A DNA stretch of 64,000 bases from Catajapyx aquilonaris (Eukaryota), in contig KZ537986.1 of the NCBI GenBank assembly GCA_000934665.2, forward strand, positions 1 through 64,000. Reading direction: 5' to 3'. The notes beneath the pieces are model-generated. The model ran no database searches. It saw nothing but the letters and a program-made list of their open reading frames with translations, and was not told the DNA's origin. This document shows, piece by piece, positions 52,487 to 64,000 of the stretch. Made by a program: the position numbers and the translations under genes. Numbering within the stretch: position 1 is the stretch's first letter; every line of letters starts with the position of its first letter.

Positions 52487-55400
52487 GGGTTGCTCAAGCC
52501 TCACTTTCTCCCTCCCTGGCACCGAGGACCTGAGATGGCGCTTTGGACCAAATTTAATGTAACTAACGAAGCGGAGGGGACACGTTAATTTGTATGTACC
52601 GAAGAAACGGCATTGGAGGGAAAGAGGGATGGGCGGCAGCAAAGGAGGCGGAAAGAGAAGAGAGAGAGAAGCGAAAGGAAAGACGGGAAAGGGAGAGAGA
52701 GAGAAGAAGAAGAGTAGGCCCTGGAAATAACCCCCGGGGCAATAAATCTATTTCGGATGGTGTTCAACGCCCAAGTTGCTCCTTGAGCCTTCCCTTCTTA
52801 CATAATGCAGGCATTAAAGTGAACATGGTCATGGAAAGGAGGATTGGGTGGTGGGTGGATGGGAGAGGGTGGGAGAGTTGATATATTCTAGAAATATAGC
52901 GCCCCATGTTAATGCGCTCACCAAAGCGTCGACATCGTTTTCGTCCTCCAGGATTTCTGCTTCCGAGTCACTGAGCCCTTTCAGATAGGAGGTCCCTTAC
53001 GCCCACCAAAATGCGGTACATGATGGCAGAAGTCAACGATAACTACTAGAGTGCCGGTAACGAGTGTTTCGCTCCTTTCAAAAAGTTTTCATATGGATTT
53101 GTTCCCTTGACAGGACAGCAACTTCGATAAGCAGGTGCGCAATGTCACCAAGAAACGAGTGGGAAAAAATAAGGTACAGTTTATATCAAAATAATCGCCC
53201 AGAGCTTATCATTCAGGGGGTATTTAACTCGTATTAGAGTCAACATTATGCAGGTGGTGTATTGCTCAAGTTCACAGTCAAAGAGAGGCAGAATTTGAAA
53301 AAAAAATATGGTATTGTTTACTCCAGCAACAAGTTTAAACGTCAGTGATGCACTTATGTAACAGTCTTGGCCTCAGTTCCTTATCGTGTTGGTTGTTTCT
53401 CTTTAAGGTGGTTGCTAGGGTAACCCATCCATAACACTTTCCCTCCTCTTTGACTGTGAACTTGAGACACAGGAACGCACTGTACTGTACATCGCACAAG
53501 TGCATTTCTGACTCCTTGTCGCTCACTTTGTCTCGCTATGACGGAAGATGCTGGCCTTGCTCTGAACTGCACGAGAGACGTGCAATAGAAGTTTGCACTC
53601 TATGCCCTCCCCTCCGTGTCTTCCACAAAGTTAGACTTCATACGGTGACTTAATCAACTCGGGCAATTTATTAACGGCGCCTTCAAGCAGTTATCTGAAC
53701 AGATTCCCTTTAGAAACACAATTCCCCGCCGCAGCCAAAGTTAAAAACGGGTGCAATCTTTTCACCTCTGCTTATTTCCATGGTAATTCTGGCGATAATA
53801 AATTAGGGTCCCACCCGTCTACCCAAAAGAGATAAATCCCCTTCCCAAAAGTTGCAAAGGAAGTACAAAAATCCTGGGCCAGGGAGGCAGGGTGGTGGTG
53901 GTGGTGGTGGTATCGGTGGAAGCGACAATTCAACCAGCAGGGAGGTAGTCCACAGCATCTCCCCCGCCCCCACATCTCCTCCCTCCACCTAGATTGAATT
54001 CAAATCTTATTTCCTAGTTGGGTTTTCAATGCCCATATCGAATCCGCCTTGCCATCCCGGGGGGCCCCAATTTTTATTCCACCTTCACCAAGTCTCCGGA
54101 ATCACACACATGACGAGCGTCTCAAGAGCTTATTTCCAAGCTTCCTGCTCACACGCCACAAGAAGACTGGTGGAAAGCAGGGAAAAGAGGTTAAGAAAGA
54201 AAAGAAGAGGAGGAGGAGGGAGGGGAAAAAAAGGAAGTAGAAGAGACGATGCACTGCACATACACCCGAGAAGGAACGACAAAGGGGGATGGGGAGGAGA
54301 TATAGGGAGGGAAGGCTCGCTTCCCCAAGGAAAAAAGAGACAAGGCCAAGACAAAGACGACTCATTTGAAGTTAACGAGAGGTTTTACAACGCCGATCAC
54401 GGGAAAGCTAGACTATATACAGAGTGGATTTGGAAAAGGAGGCGAAACAAACGGAATCTGGAAGCAGGAATGGACGCTTTCCTGGAAAAAGCCGAACTAG
54501 CCAGCTGTAATATACCCCTGGAGCACAGAGTGCAAACCTAAGCAGGTGGTTACACAGCAACGGTCGCGTCTTACAGAGCACAGAACGCCAAAAAATTTGC
54601 ACACTTATCCGGTATTGAAACGAGCAGCATCGGGTTAAAAAATCATACTTCTCGTTGCAAGGCTATAACAAGAGTTATCCAGCACTGAATCACCCTGAAT
54701 TTGATTTCATATCTTGTGTTGTTTATGATGACTGATGAGCTTATGTATTACTTAAACAAGGAGGGAGGACCTGTAATTGAAGCAAGCTAGAGGAGGGTAG
54801 GAAATGGTTATGAAATGGAGAATTGGGCAATGCACCAGGCTGAAAATTACAGTAAATTTTAATTGTGGAATAGCACGTTATTAATGCATGGCTTAGTGCG
54901 GCAACCCAGAAAACCGGTCCTCAGAGCTACCTAACTCCCTCTTGGTGCAGGAAACTAGAAAATAGTGGACTTTCATGCAGCGCCCCATTATGTTCACAAC
55001 CTGATCACAGAGTTAATTGCTCGCCATTAACTCATTACGCTCCGGGGCACTGTTTAGTCCTGCACTATTTAGTTTCACGTATTAAAATATGCTACAATTT
55101 TGCCTCAGTCATATAAGAGTATAGTCATTTCTAAATCGCCTGGAGCGTGTTCCTAATGTTTCACTAAATATAATGCACATAATTATAAAGTATCCAATAT
55201 CAGTTTTCACATGCATCATGAAACGATACCCCAACAAAGTCGAACAAGTATTAAATTATACTACAACATTGTTATCCCGCAAAACTACGCCGAAGTTTTA
55301 CCTTGTTAGTACTGCATTATATTACACGAAAATGAAGCATTAAGTACGCTACGTAGAACGAGCGTATCTAATCATAGCACTTTCGACGCCTGTAGACACT

Positions 55401-55520
55401 TTAAGATATCGGCTCAACATAGACGATACACAAGGGCTGGTCAAAATGCAAACGGGAAAAGTAATTTTACTGCCAGTTTGTGGATGCCGTTCGAGAGGAC
55501 TCGTATGGTAGTAAGCTACA

Positions 55521-55562
55521 TATATCGCTCAAAAACACAGAGACGCGATTTTGAGCGATATA
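55521..55562. repeat. 14-bp perfect inverted repeat with a 14-nt spacer
   Basis: TATATCGCTCAAAA (55521-55534) / TTTTGAGCGATATA (55549-55562). Confidence 0.9.
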
Positions 55563-55610
55563 GTACCTTTACGTTCAATCAGTACTTCTATAGATTTATT
55601 GTGAGTCTTA

Positions 55611-55736
55611 GGGCCGGTTTCACCGAGCTTGGTATATGATAAAACCAGGTTTCTTTAGGAAAATCCATACAAATAGATAGGGATTTTGAGAAAGAACCCT
55701 GGTTTTATCATATACTGAGCTCGGTGAAACCGGCCC
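55611..55736. mobile_element. 126-bp PIF/Harbinger (Tourist-like) MITE, almost fully palindromic
   Basis: The TIRs start GGGCCGGTTTCACCGAGCT (19 bp perfect) and match 43/46, extending to about 50/56. The flanks are TTA (55608-55610) and TGA (55737-55739), a TNA-type 3-bp target site with one mismatch. Confidence 0.88.
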
Positions 55737-58700
55737 TGAATGACGAGTTCGCAATGCACCTCAATAAGCCAAACTGGTTGATCCTTCATACTCTGCAACT
55801 CGTGCGCCTCTTCCGTCCAAAGTGCACAACCAACCAGCAGGGCGATCAGTTTCCTCCAACCTGAAGCATGAGATATCTCGCAGCCTCTTTTTCTCTGGGA
55901 TTCCTGCCTGCGCCATCACACTCAATATCAAGTGCAGTATCGAAGATGAATGAGTTTCTATAAGTTTTTACGGGAGCCGTAAATTTCAGTTAGGCGGCTG
56001 GATATTCCGCGCCTTTTTCGCCCGGAAACATGCAATAAAACTAACTCCGCCTTTGACTGCCTACGGATTAGGAACGAAGAGACAGGAATGGACCGTTTCA
56101 TATCTGATAAACACGATTACAGCCTGGCAGTAAATCTGACTTAGCCCCCCTACCTGAATGCCACCAGTTTTACGGCACGAATTACATTTTGCGAAAAGAA
56201 AATTACTTGACCAGAGAGGGCCCCCTTCACGACTGTCCAGGTTTTCAAAAAGTAAATCCCAATATCTGCACGCCAAACGTCAATTGATGCCAGAAATCTC
56301 CTCTGACCATCCACATCCCAAACTAAACCGAAAACGAGAGAAATATGTAAAGTCTCCTGCATACTCCAGGTTTTAGATTTCACTAGCATGTCCAAAATGG
56401 ACGTCCAACACAGAGCCCGATTCACTAACCGAACTTTTTTTCTTTTTTTTCTTTTTAAAAAAGCCCCTCCAGTATTTCCAAAAAAGAACACAAAAAAAAA
56501 CCCTCGTTGTTCGCATAGAGCAACTGGCAACCTGGGGGCTGCAATCCAATCCGTCCACTTTTGACATGCATAAGCCTACCCTCCGCTGTTCGGAGCTTAT
56601 GGCCAGCTCTGATTGCAGTTATCGCGTCGTATTTAACATAATGGATGAGTGTATAGGTGCGCTGGATCCATACATGACGGTCATTGACGTCGCTGACACT
56701 AAGATTAGAGGTCCCGGGAAGCATGAAAAATTTAACCACCGGCGGCACCAATTAGATACACGGGCACAACACCAGCTGGATGTTGCATAACCTCCACCCC
56801 CACCGTCCCTCCCTCCCTCAGTGATGCAGTTCCCTCCGCGCTAGCTCATAATGATACCCGTTGTTTACCGGTCACCATCTCCACAGAGAACTATAAAAGC
56901 TTGCATGGGGAGGGGGAGAGAGGATTAATCTGCACGGGCCAATCCATATACCGATTCGAGCTGGCGTGGTGTATCAATTGGGCTGTTTTCCATGGTCCGG
57001 ACGATTATCTCCAGCAGATAACCCCACCCAGGCCGCACAACTCCCATGAGCTCAATACAAACTTCCTCACTTCTCCTGGGTTTAGGCAGCAAACTGCGCT
57101 CAAGCACCAGCTCGTGCAGCAAGCATTCAAAAATCAGCCAAAATTATGTAGCCTTGCGTAGAGAGTAAGCTGAAAAACTGCAGCGCTCGCCATTGAAACC
57201 ATGAACCGGGCTAAGCCTTTTTTTATTATTGGCCAGAGTCAGATATGTGCAGGGTCATGTACGTTAGATTAGGGTGTACATAAAGCTAACGCAACAAGGA
57301 TTGAATCGCTGGGTCGCTCAAGGTGATGGATTACCGAGGTCCCTTAGATAAGGGTACTTTTATAACCAAATCGCACAGCTTCAATGATACTTGCCGATAA
57401 AAATATGCAATGTTATCTCTCTGGCACGTAAATAATCCATCAGCTCGACAGACCTGGCAATTCACCCTGTCAACTCGACATGTCCAACTCAGTGTCTCCA
57501 CGCTTGCTGTCAGCAATCGAGGGGGGAAGCCAGTACAAGTGGTTGCCAAGACAACATTGTCCTGCCTGGGACATTAGCCTGCAGTGGGCTTGACTGACTC
57601 ACTCGTCAAAAATTCGGCAATGGGTCATTTAAGACTTGCGTGTCAGTTTATACGGTGTATAAACAGATTAGAATTTTTGCCGCCTTACTGTCAATGGTTT
57701 GATCTGCAACGCACATGCGGTTAAATCGGGTTAAATGCAGTCCTTCACTTGATTCACGTTACTTATCACTTACTTTATTCTCCAGAACATTTATTTCGCC
57801 CCAACTAACTGCAGCTTTATGAATGTCTCAATTATTCTTGTACTTAACTCCGTCCATACTAAAAGGAGGGTGCAGTCAAGCAGAAATCTCAAGGCCTTCA
57901 AAAACACCGATAAACAATTTCCCGGGTGTAAAAAACTTGGCCCAATTCTTTCGCCACTCCTCGTTCTAAAAAGAATCGCTTTGAAGGGGGGATAATACGG
58001 GAGACAATTATTTGTTCAACAGTGTAATCTCAAACCTGCCCCCCTTTTTCTCTCTCTTTCCCCCCTTCCCCCGTGGGCACGAGAGGCCGGAATTTATTTC
58101 TCCTTTCCCGCCCAGATTGCCATGCGGCCGGAAGGCAGATGCACGCGAAACAAAAACCACCTATTCGGCCACAGTGCGAGTGGCCTTTCGATTTTTGATT
58201 GGTCGCGTGTTGTCCCCTCTTCCTCACGTGCAGACGGATACCTTCGGCTCCGCGGGTATATAGAAAGAAGAAAAAAACAAAAGGGGTCACCCCTTGTGGT
58301 CTAAACCACTCCAAGCACAAACAAGAGAGATTCATTCGGCGCGGCAATCATGGCGGCTATCGGCTCAGAGTGGCTCTCGAATCCATTTTCCTGACTAGAT
58401 TGAAACGTGGGCTGCTTATAATAACACTGCTGATTGGAAATGTGAGCGTTTGCTTATAACCGTGGAGGAGAGGTGGGTTTGGGGTCACGTCACGGGCGCA
58501 AAATCTATACAGTATCAACACGCCATCAAGGCGAAACCGCAGTTGTGACCACCTATAAGCATGTATAATTCATTTCCAAGGGACGACTGAAGGAAGAACC
58601 AGCGCCACTTTTCTCCCCATACTCGAGATGATTTAAAAGCCAGATATGGCAGGAACCTGGGCAACCTAGCGATAAAATGTGCACATGTGCGCTTACGCTA

Positions 58701-61700
58701 TTGAAATAATAATCACTTATAGACCACGCAGCTCACACTAAAGAGCATTGAGCCCTCGGGTATGTGCTGCAATTTGTTTTTCACCGCTAACCGCAGAGTA
58801 ATTGAGCTATTAGTTTAAAAGCCCACGAAATCCCACCCTGCTTTTAAAAAAATACCCTCATTCCGACATCACCTTCCGTGGCTATCAAAGCGAATTCTAA
58901 AATAATATAACTGCCTGCCATCCATTTTCTTACACAAACTTGTCTGCAGCGGGGTTCTGCAAGAATATTTTTGGACTGAACCGTTTTCCGCTACATGCGA
59001 CCAAAAATGTATATTAAAAATCATGCGCCGGGGCCCAAAAAAATGTACGTTGTACAAGTTTACTCGTGTGTTCAGGGCAGGTTCAGGGTCTGTTAGAGGC
59101 AGACTCGACTCCATCAATTTTCGCAGAATATTAATTCGCAACATCAACAGCGTAGGCCTGTGCCATAGCCGCCAAGATACGTTATGAAAGTCGGACGAAA
59201 CGCTGCAGTGAATTTGTACCTCCCCATAAAGTGGCCAAGTGAAACAAAGGCACTGACTAAACTATACCCAGTAAGTTAGCCCCGCCCTGTAGATAAGCTG
59301 GCTCACTCCATCTTCGACTCCATTATCCCCACCCAGGTTTACAGGGAGCATTAGGTGGCCCTTTTGTTGAGGCCGAAATTTCCCAAACTCTCCTTATCCA
59401 AGTTCCTGTAGCGATTTCCCACCGATGCGAATATCTCTCTCTTCCTCCTGCTCCTTACTCCACCTCCCCCACAATTTTCACCCTCAATCCAATCCAAGCA
59501 TTTCGGAGGTCTCGCCACCTGCCGCCCTTGCCGTGGATTTATCGTCGCAGATTAGGCCGTCACACAAGGGCTGAAGCCTCCTCCTCTAACCTTGAGTTAT
59601 GGCGTCCGAACCCGGACCAGCCTAGGAGGGGGCCTTATCAGCCCCAAAATGCCAGCGATGAGGGGGAGAACCTTCCGAGGACCACCGTCGCCAAGACTTA
59701 CATCTCTTCTCCCTGACCCTATCCTGTCTCCCTCCCCCCCCCCCCCACCTCCCATCTACCCCATTCTCTTACAAGAGACCATAGCCAAAAAAACTGTCTC
59801 CCCTTGCCTTGCACAGGCCACAAACTTCCTACCACAGGTGGTTTCTTGTCAGCTCCCAACATTAGGATACACTCCACCAATGTCACCCGCACAGACAATT
59901 TATGGAAATAAGATTTTGAATTTCAATGAAACCTAACAGATGCGCTTCTCCGCCACCCCAGTATCGACGACTATGCACTTACCGAAAACCCGTCTTAATT
60001 GAATTTCCTCACTCTTGAATCCAGGATTCCTCGTGACGTTGACAAAACGTCAACCCTGAATAACGATACTGTTCAGGTCATGGCACGACTCATTTCTTGC
60101 AGCCTTTATAAATAGAAACCTCGCCTCGGCACGTAATACTGCAAAGCTAAATATAAAACTATTTCCCTGAAACATTTTCGGTTAAATGGCTGCATTCGTT
60201 GTGTTAAAAAAAAAGATCCGCATTGTCACCTGCCAGTTTACGAGTCATTAATAAGCCGTGTCCTCTTATTACAGTGCAGTACTTCAAAGCTTTTGTAGAA
60301 GTAGAGGCGTTAGTGGCAAGCTAATGAGGCCAAGTATGAGAATATCTATCATGCTCTGTAATTTCACATTATGCAGATGGATTGACACTTGGCCAAAAGT
60401 CACTGCCCACTCTTGTTGTTTTGTGCATGATGCGAGTCTCACTACACCGACACATTTGCCACGTAACTTACGGCTAGTGTGGACTGTGAAGGATATGGGA
60501 AAGAACATAGTTGTCTTCAATAACATAAGGCCGGAAATAAGCAACATCGCAGCTGCAGTACTACTGTGTCACTCAGTCTTCATATTTAAGTAAGGGTAAC
60601 ACTGTAGTGTGTAGTTAATTAATGTGCGACATCAATAACATTGCCACCACCTCTAACATCATTTTACCGCTTCTCTTCTACATACGCATACAAATTCGGG
60701 CCAGTACAATATAACGACTTAAGTTTAAATCCTGCAAGAGTACATTTCAACATATTAAATCTGCGAAAATAGCCTCAGAGCCCTAACAATTACTCCAATT
60801 TCAAAGCTGCATGTACCATGGAAAACAACACACAATTTGAAAATCGTACATTACGTGTGACTTAACTCATATCGTGGAAACTAACATTTCTCCATGTTCA
60901 GCGATGATGGAATGGCTTATGTGTCGCCTGATTAAGCATGTCCTGCTGCCCAAAGATAGCAAACAAAATTAGCAGTGGGTGTCTTGAACATAGATAAACT
61001 CCACCATATCAAGTCGAATAACGCAATACCTGCACACAAATTCTTCAACAACTTGCATCCACAGATTTCATCCAAAGGGTAGACATATATTTACAAGCAA
61101 ATGTGCAATAATTGGCATCGCATTTCAAAGTAAGCGATGGCAGCAATTTGATCGAAGATGTTACTGCTATTAACAGAAGACTACTGTATATCTACATTAC
61201 AAATACAGCAATATCTACTGCGAGACAAAGAGGGACACCGAAGGTATTAATTTGAAACAAATCAAAGACACAAAAAAAACTTGTAGGTTAGAATTTCAAA
61301 ATTGTTTTTTCTTTGCCATTTGTGGCAAACCGAATCAGTTACATATCCGTTATTATTATTATTTGCGCAATGCTTCACGCAAGCCAGTGGTGTGTATAAC
61401 GGATGCTTAAAGTACATCCCAAAGTACTGCCACAACGGCAAAAGTTTTCCTGGTCTCTACGTTGGCATTATCATGACTATGTTTTCCAGCGTAAAACCAA
61501 CCCTAAAATCTTCCCGAGAATCGGGATTGGTGCAGAAAGTGAGCCCAAGCCACGCTAACGGTAGCAGAGGATGCAGGTATTATTAAAGCAAACGGTCGCC
61601 TTGCCCATTTACTTGGCCCACGGTCACTGCTACAGCAATGCCCGTTCCCATTAAACTCAATGGACAACGGGGCAGTGCAGCGGCAGGGACAACATAATTC

Positions 61701-62634
61701 CGGCGTAATAAAAGAAAACCACAACACACCACATTTACTTTGCAAAAGCTGAATAAACGCGGGCGAGTTGGGCTGCATCAACCGGCAAAACTGTCATCAG
61801 GGAATACGGGTAGCAAACAACGGGGGCAATATTAACCATGACCTGCTGCAAAACGCCCGTGTACAGATGGATAGATTTTGTGTTTTTTTTCCTCTCTTCT
61901 TCATATCACGGAGGGCGCCCATTTTCGATAACCAACTCGCGAGAAAATCAATCGATTATTGGTAACTTGTATGCCTAAAAAAAGAAGTATTTTTCCCGAT
62001 TTCTGGCAACCGACAGTTCACCTGATTGTTATCTTCCAAATTCACCTTCAGGGGTGCACGTCATCGACTATTGTAATAAAATAAAAAAATGCAATCCGAC
62101 AACAATCACACACTACCGTCATAAAACAGACGATAAACCTCATTTTTAGAAACACAAACCCGAAGCCCACTGCTCCACTTCTCCGCGCGCCAAAATTCTA
62201 AACAGGTCGCGTTTAATATAAACACAAGCATACAGCACCTTTAAGGATCAATGGCACGCTTGCGGCATGGCTTTCTATTCAACTCTGACCCCCCATCAAC
62301 GGTTTTTCTTCATTTGAACCAAATTGGAACCTTCTGCGAAGTGCTCCTCCCACGATAATATTTACCCCGATTAGAATCTAAAGGCTTATAGCTTTATGGC
62401 CAATAGCAGGGTCATAAAAGCAAATTATTTCGATTATGTCTGAATAATATGGGGGCTATTAATCCGACACAACACGATTGTAAGGTATTAAGTGCAAAAT
62501 TTGAGGGGGCTCCAAAAGTTCTGAGAGCCATTTCCCCCTAAGCTAAAGCATGCTGACAAACAGCAACTACTCCTCACGGTCAACTTTTCCTCCCCTCTTC
62601 CCCGCATTACTCGCATCCGCCAAATTTCCTACCA

Positions 62635-62667
62635 GTGCATGTGTGTGTGTGTGTGCGCGCGTATGTA
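62635..62667. repeat. Alternating purine-pyrimidine tract, (GT)n(GC)n; Z-DNA-prone
   Basis: GTGCATGTGTGTGTGTGTGTGCGCGCGTATGTA, 33 nt of uninterrupted alternation. Confidence 0.85.
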
Positions 62668-63160
62668 AGCTGGGTCGGTGATGCACGTGTAAATATGTAA
62701 CTTCCCGCCCGGGTGCTTCACATTCCGACAAACGGGTAAAAGAGGCCTACTACACGCCCTTGTAGCTCCGCGCAAGCGGAAAGAATTCAAACATGGTGCA
62801 TTAACCGCCACTCTGACTCATGTGTATAGATTTTTAAAAATCGATGACAGAGTCGAGGGGAAACTGAATATGTCCGCCAAAAAAGGAGTGAGATACTGAA
62901 TAAAAGTGCCCTTATCATTTGCGAAAGTGAACGGAGTTCAATAACTGCAATAGGCTTCATACACGGGACTTGCAACATGCGACAATCAGCGGTGCGACTA
63001 CTGATCATATACTGCAAATGTAAAACTGCTAACATTTTCGTAAAAAATATTTACATGAAGGCGCTCAGTGATGAGCTGCTGTACTGTACAGTCCAAAGCT
63101 AAGAGGAAAAGTAACTTCACACCATGATAGTATATGAGTAAATTCATTATTGATTGGCCC

Positions 63161-63161
63161 A

Positions 63162-63218
<57 letters not shown>
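63161..63218. repeat. (ATT)n microsatellite, about 19 units
   Basis: Directly visible. Confidence 0.99.
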
Positions 63219-63221
<3 letters not shown>

Positions 63222-64000
63222 ACATTGCATTTAAGTACCTCACTTGCAGTTTATGCCATTACTATCATTGAAATGCGTCACTAATGACCACTCACTGACG
63301 AATGAATTGTAGAGTACTGGTAAGCCCCATGTAATAGGCCCTACATAAAAGCTCACTCTCATTGTTATTTCTGAACAGAAATCATATCCCAAAGGGAAAA
63401 TGGTATCATTTCCTGGCTGCTCGCTCAGGGCATGTAATAAATGAAAACTATCTTTTCATATATGAACAAAAGTCACAAATGTGAGATTTTTCTCCAGGTG
63501 ATCCGTTATAAAATGAAATAATTGAAACAGAAACTACCTCAAAGGACATGCCCTACTCTAATATACCAGTTTCAAGAGATATACTGTATGTAATTTAATT
63601 TCGCTGAATCAAGAGACAGAACAGCAATGGAAACCTCTAGAGATGAAACTAAAAATGGTCGGCCGGCCGGCGTAAACTGCATTTAACCATCACGAAAGAA
63701 ACCTCCAGATTAATTGCGAAGGACCTGCAGCTTTATTAACTCTCGCGATATTTCATTTTCGTGAAATATTCACTATTCGTGCAGCAATAAAGGACCTTTC
63801 CAGCTAAATTAAGCGTTAATTGCACAAATCACGGACCAAGATTCACTGTTGTACTCGAGAGGAAACAAAAATTTAAAGCACATTCCGCCTCTTTGGCCAT
63901 AACCCGACAAAAAAAAAAAGCACAATTACGACAACAAAATTGCAATTAAACTGCGATTAGGAGGGAACGGAGGCATCCCGGGCATCCCAGACCCAAAGCA

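Noticed and set aside
321..63243. The 60-236 aa ORFs in the supplied track as genes
   Set aside because: They overlap in all frames and both strands, often start at non-ATG codons, are dominated by translations of G/C/A runs, and show no recognisable domain.
1..64000. CRISPR array, operon or other prokaryotic system
   Set aside because: There are no regularly spaced repeats with unique spacers and no gene-dense coding, and the sequence has eukaryotic hallmarks.

Overview
This is eukaryotic, almost certainly animal (invertebrate-like) non-coding DNA with roughly balanced GC, plentiful CpG, (ATT)n and (CT)n microsatellites and one 138-N scaffold gap. I found no recognisable intact protein-coding gene, rRNA, functional tRNA or CRISPR array, and the ORF track looks like chance or low-complexity ORFs. 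The most informative signals are two minus-strand elements about 32.3 kb apart (junctions 45826/45825 and 13498/13497). Each has a CTAAC branch point, an AG-free pyrimidine tract and a YAG fused directly to a 5' splice site (TAG|GTGAGT and CAG|GTACGT). The second is followed 57 nt later by a GAG|GTAAGG donor. This is the architecture of recursive-splicing ratchet points, so I infer that most of the window lies in a giant intron of a minus-strand gene that is removed stepwise. Other supported features are a 126-bp palindromic PIF/Harbinger-type MITE, the right end of a second Harbinger-like element, a decayed tRNA-His-like sequence, a diverged 94-bp tandem duplication, several hairpins, G4 and Z-DNA motifs, and possibly decayed coding remnants at 1.8-3.6 kb (low confidence). 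All analysis was by eye; no searches were run.
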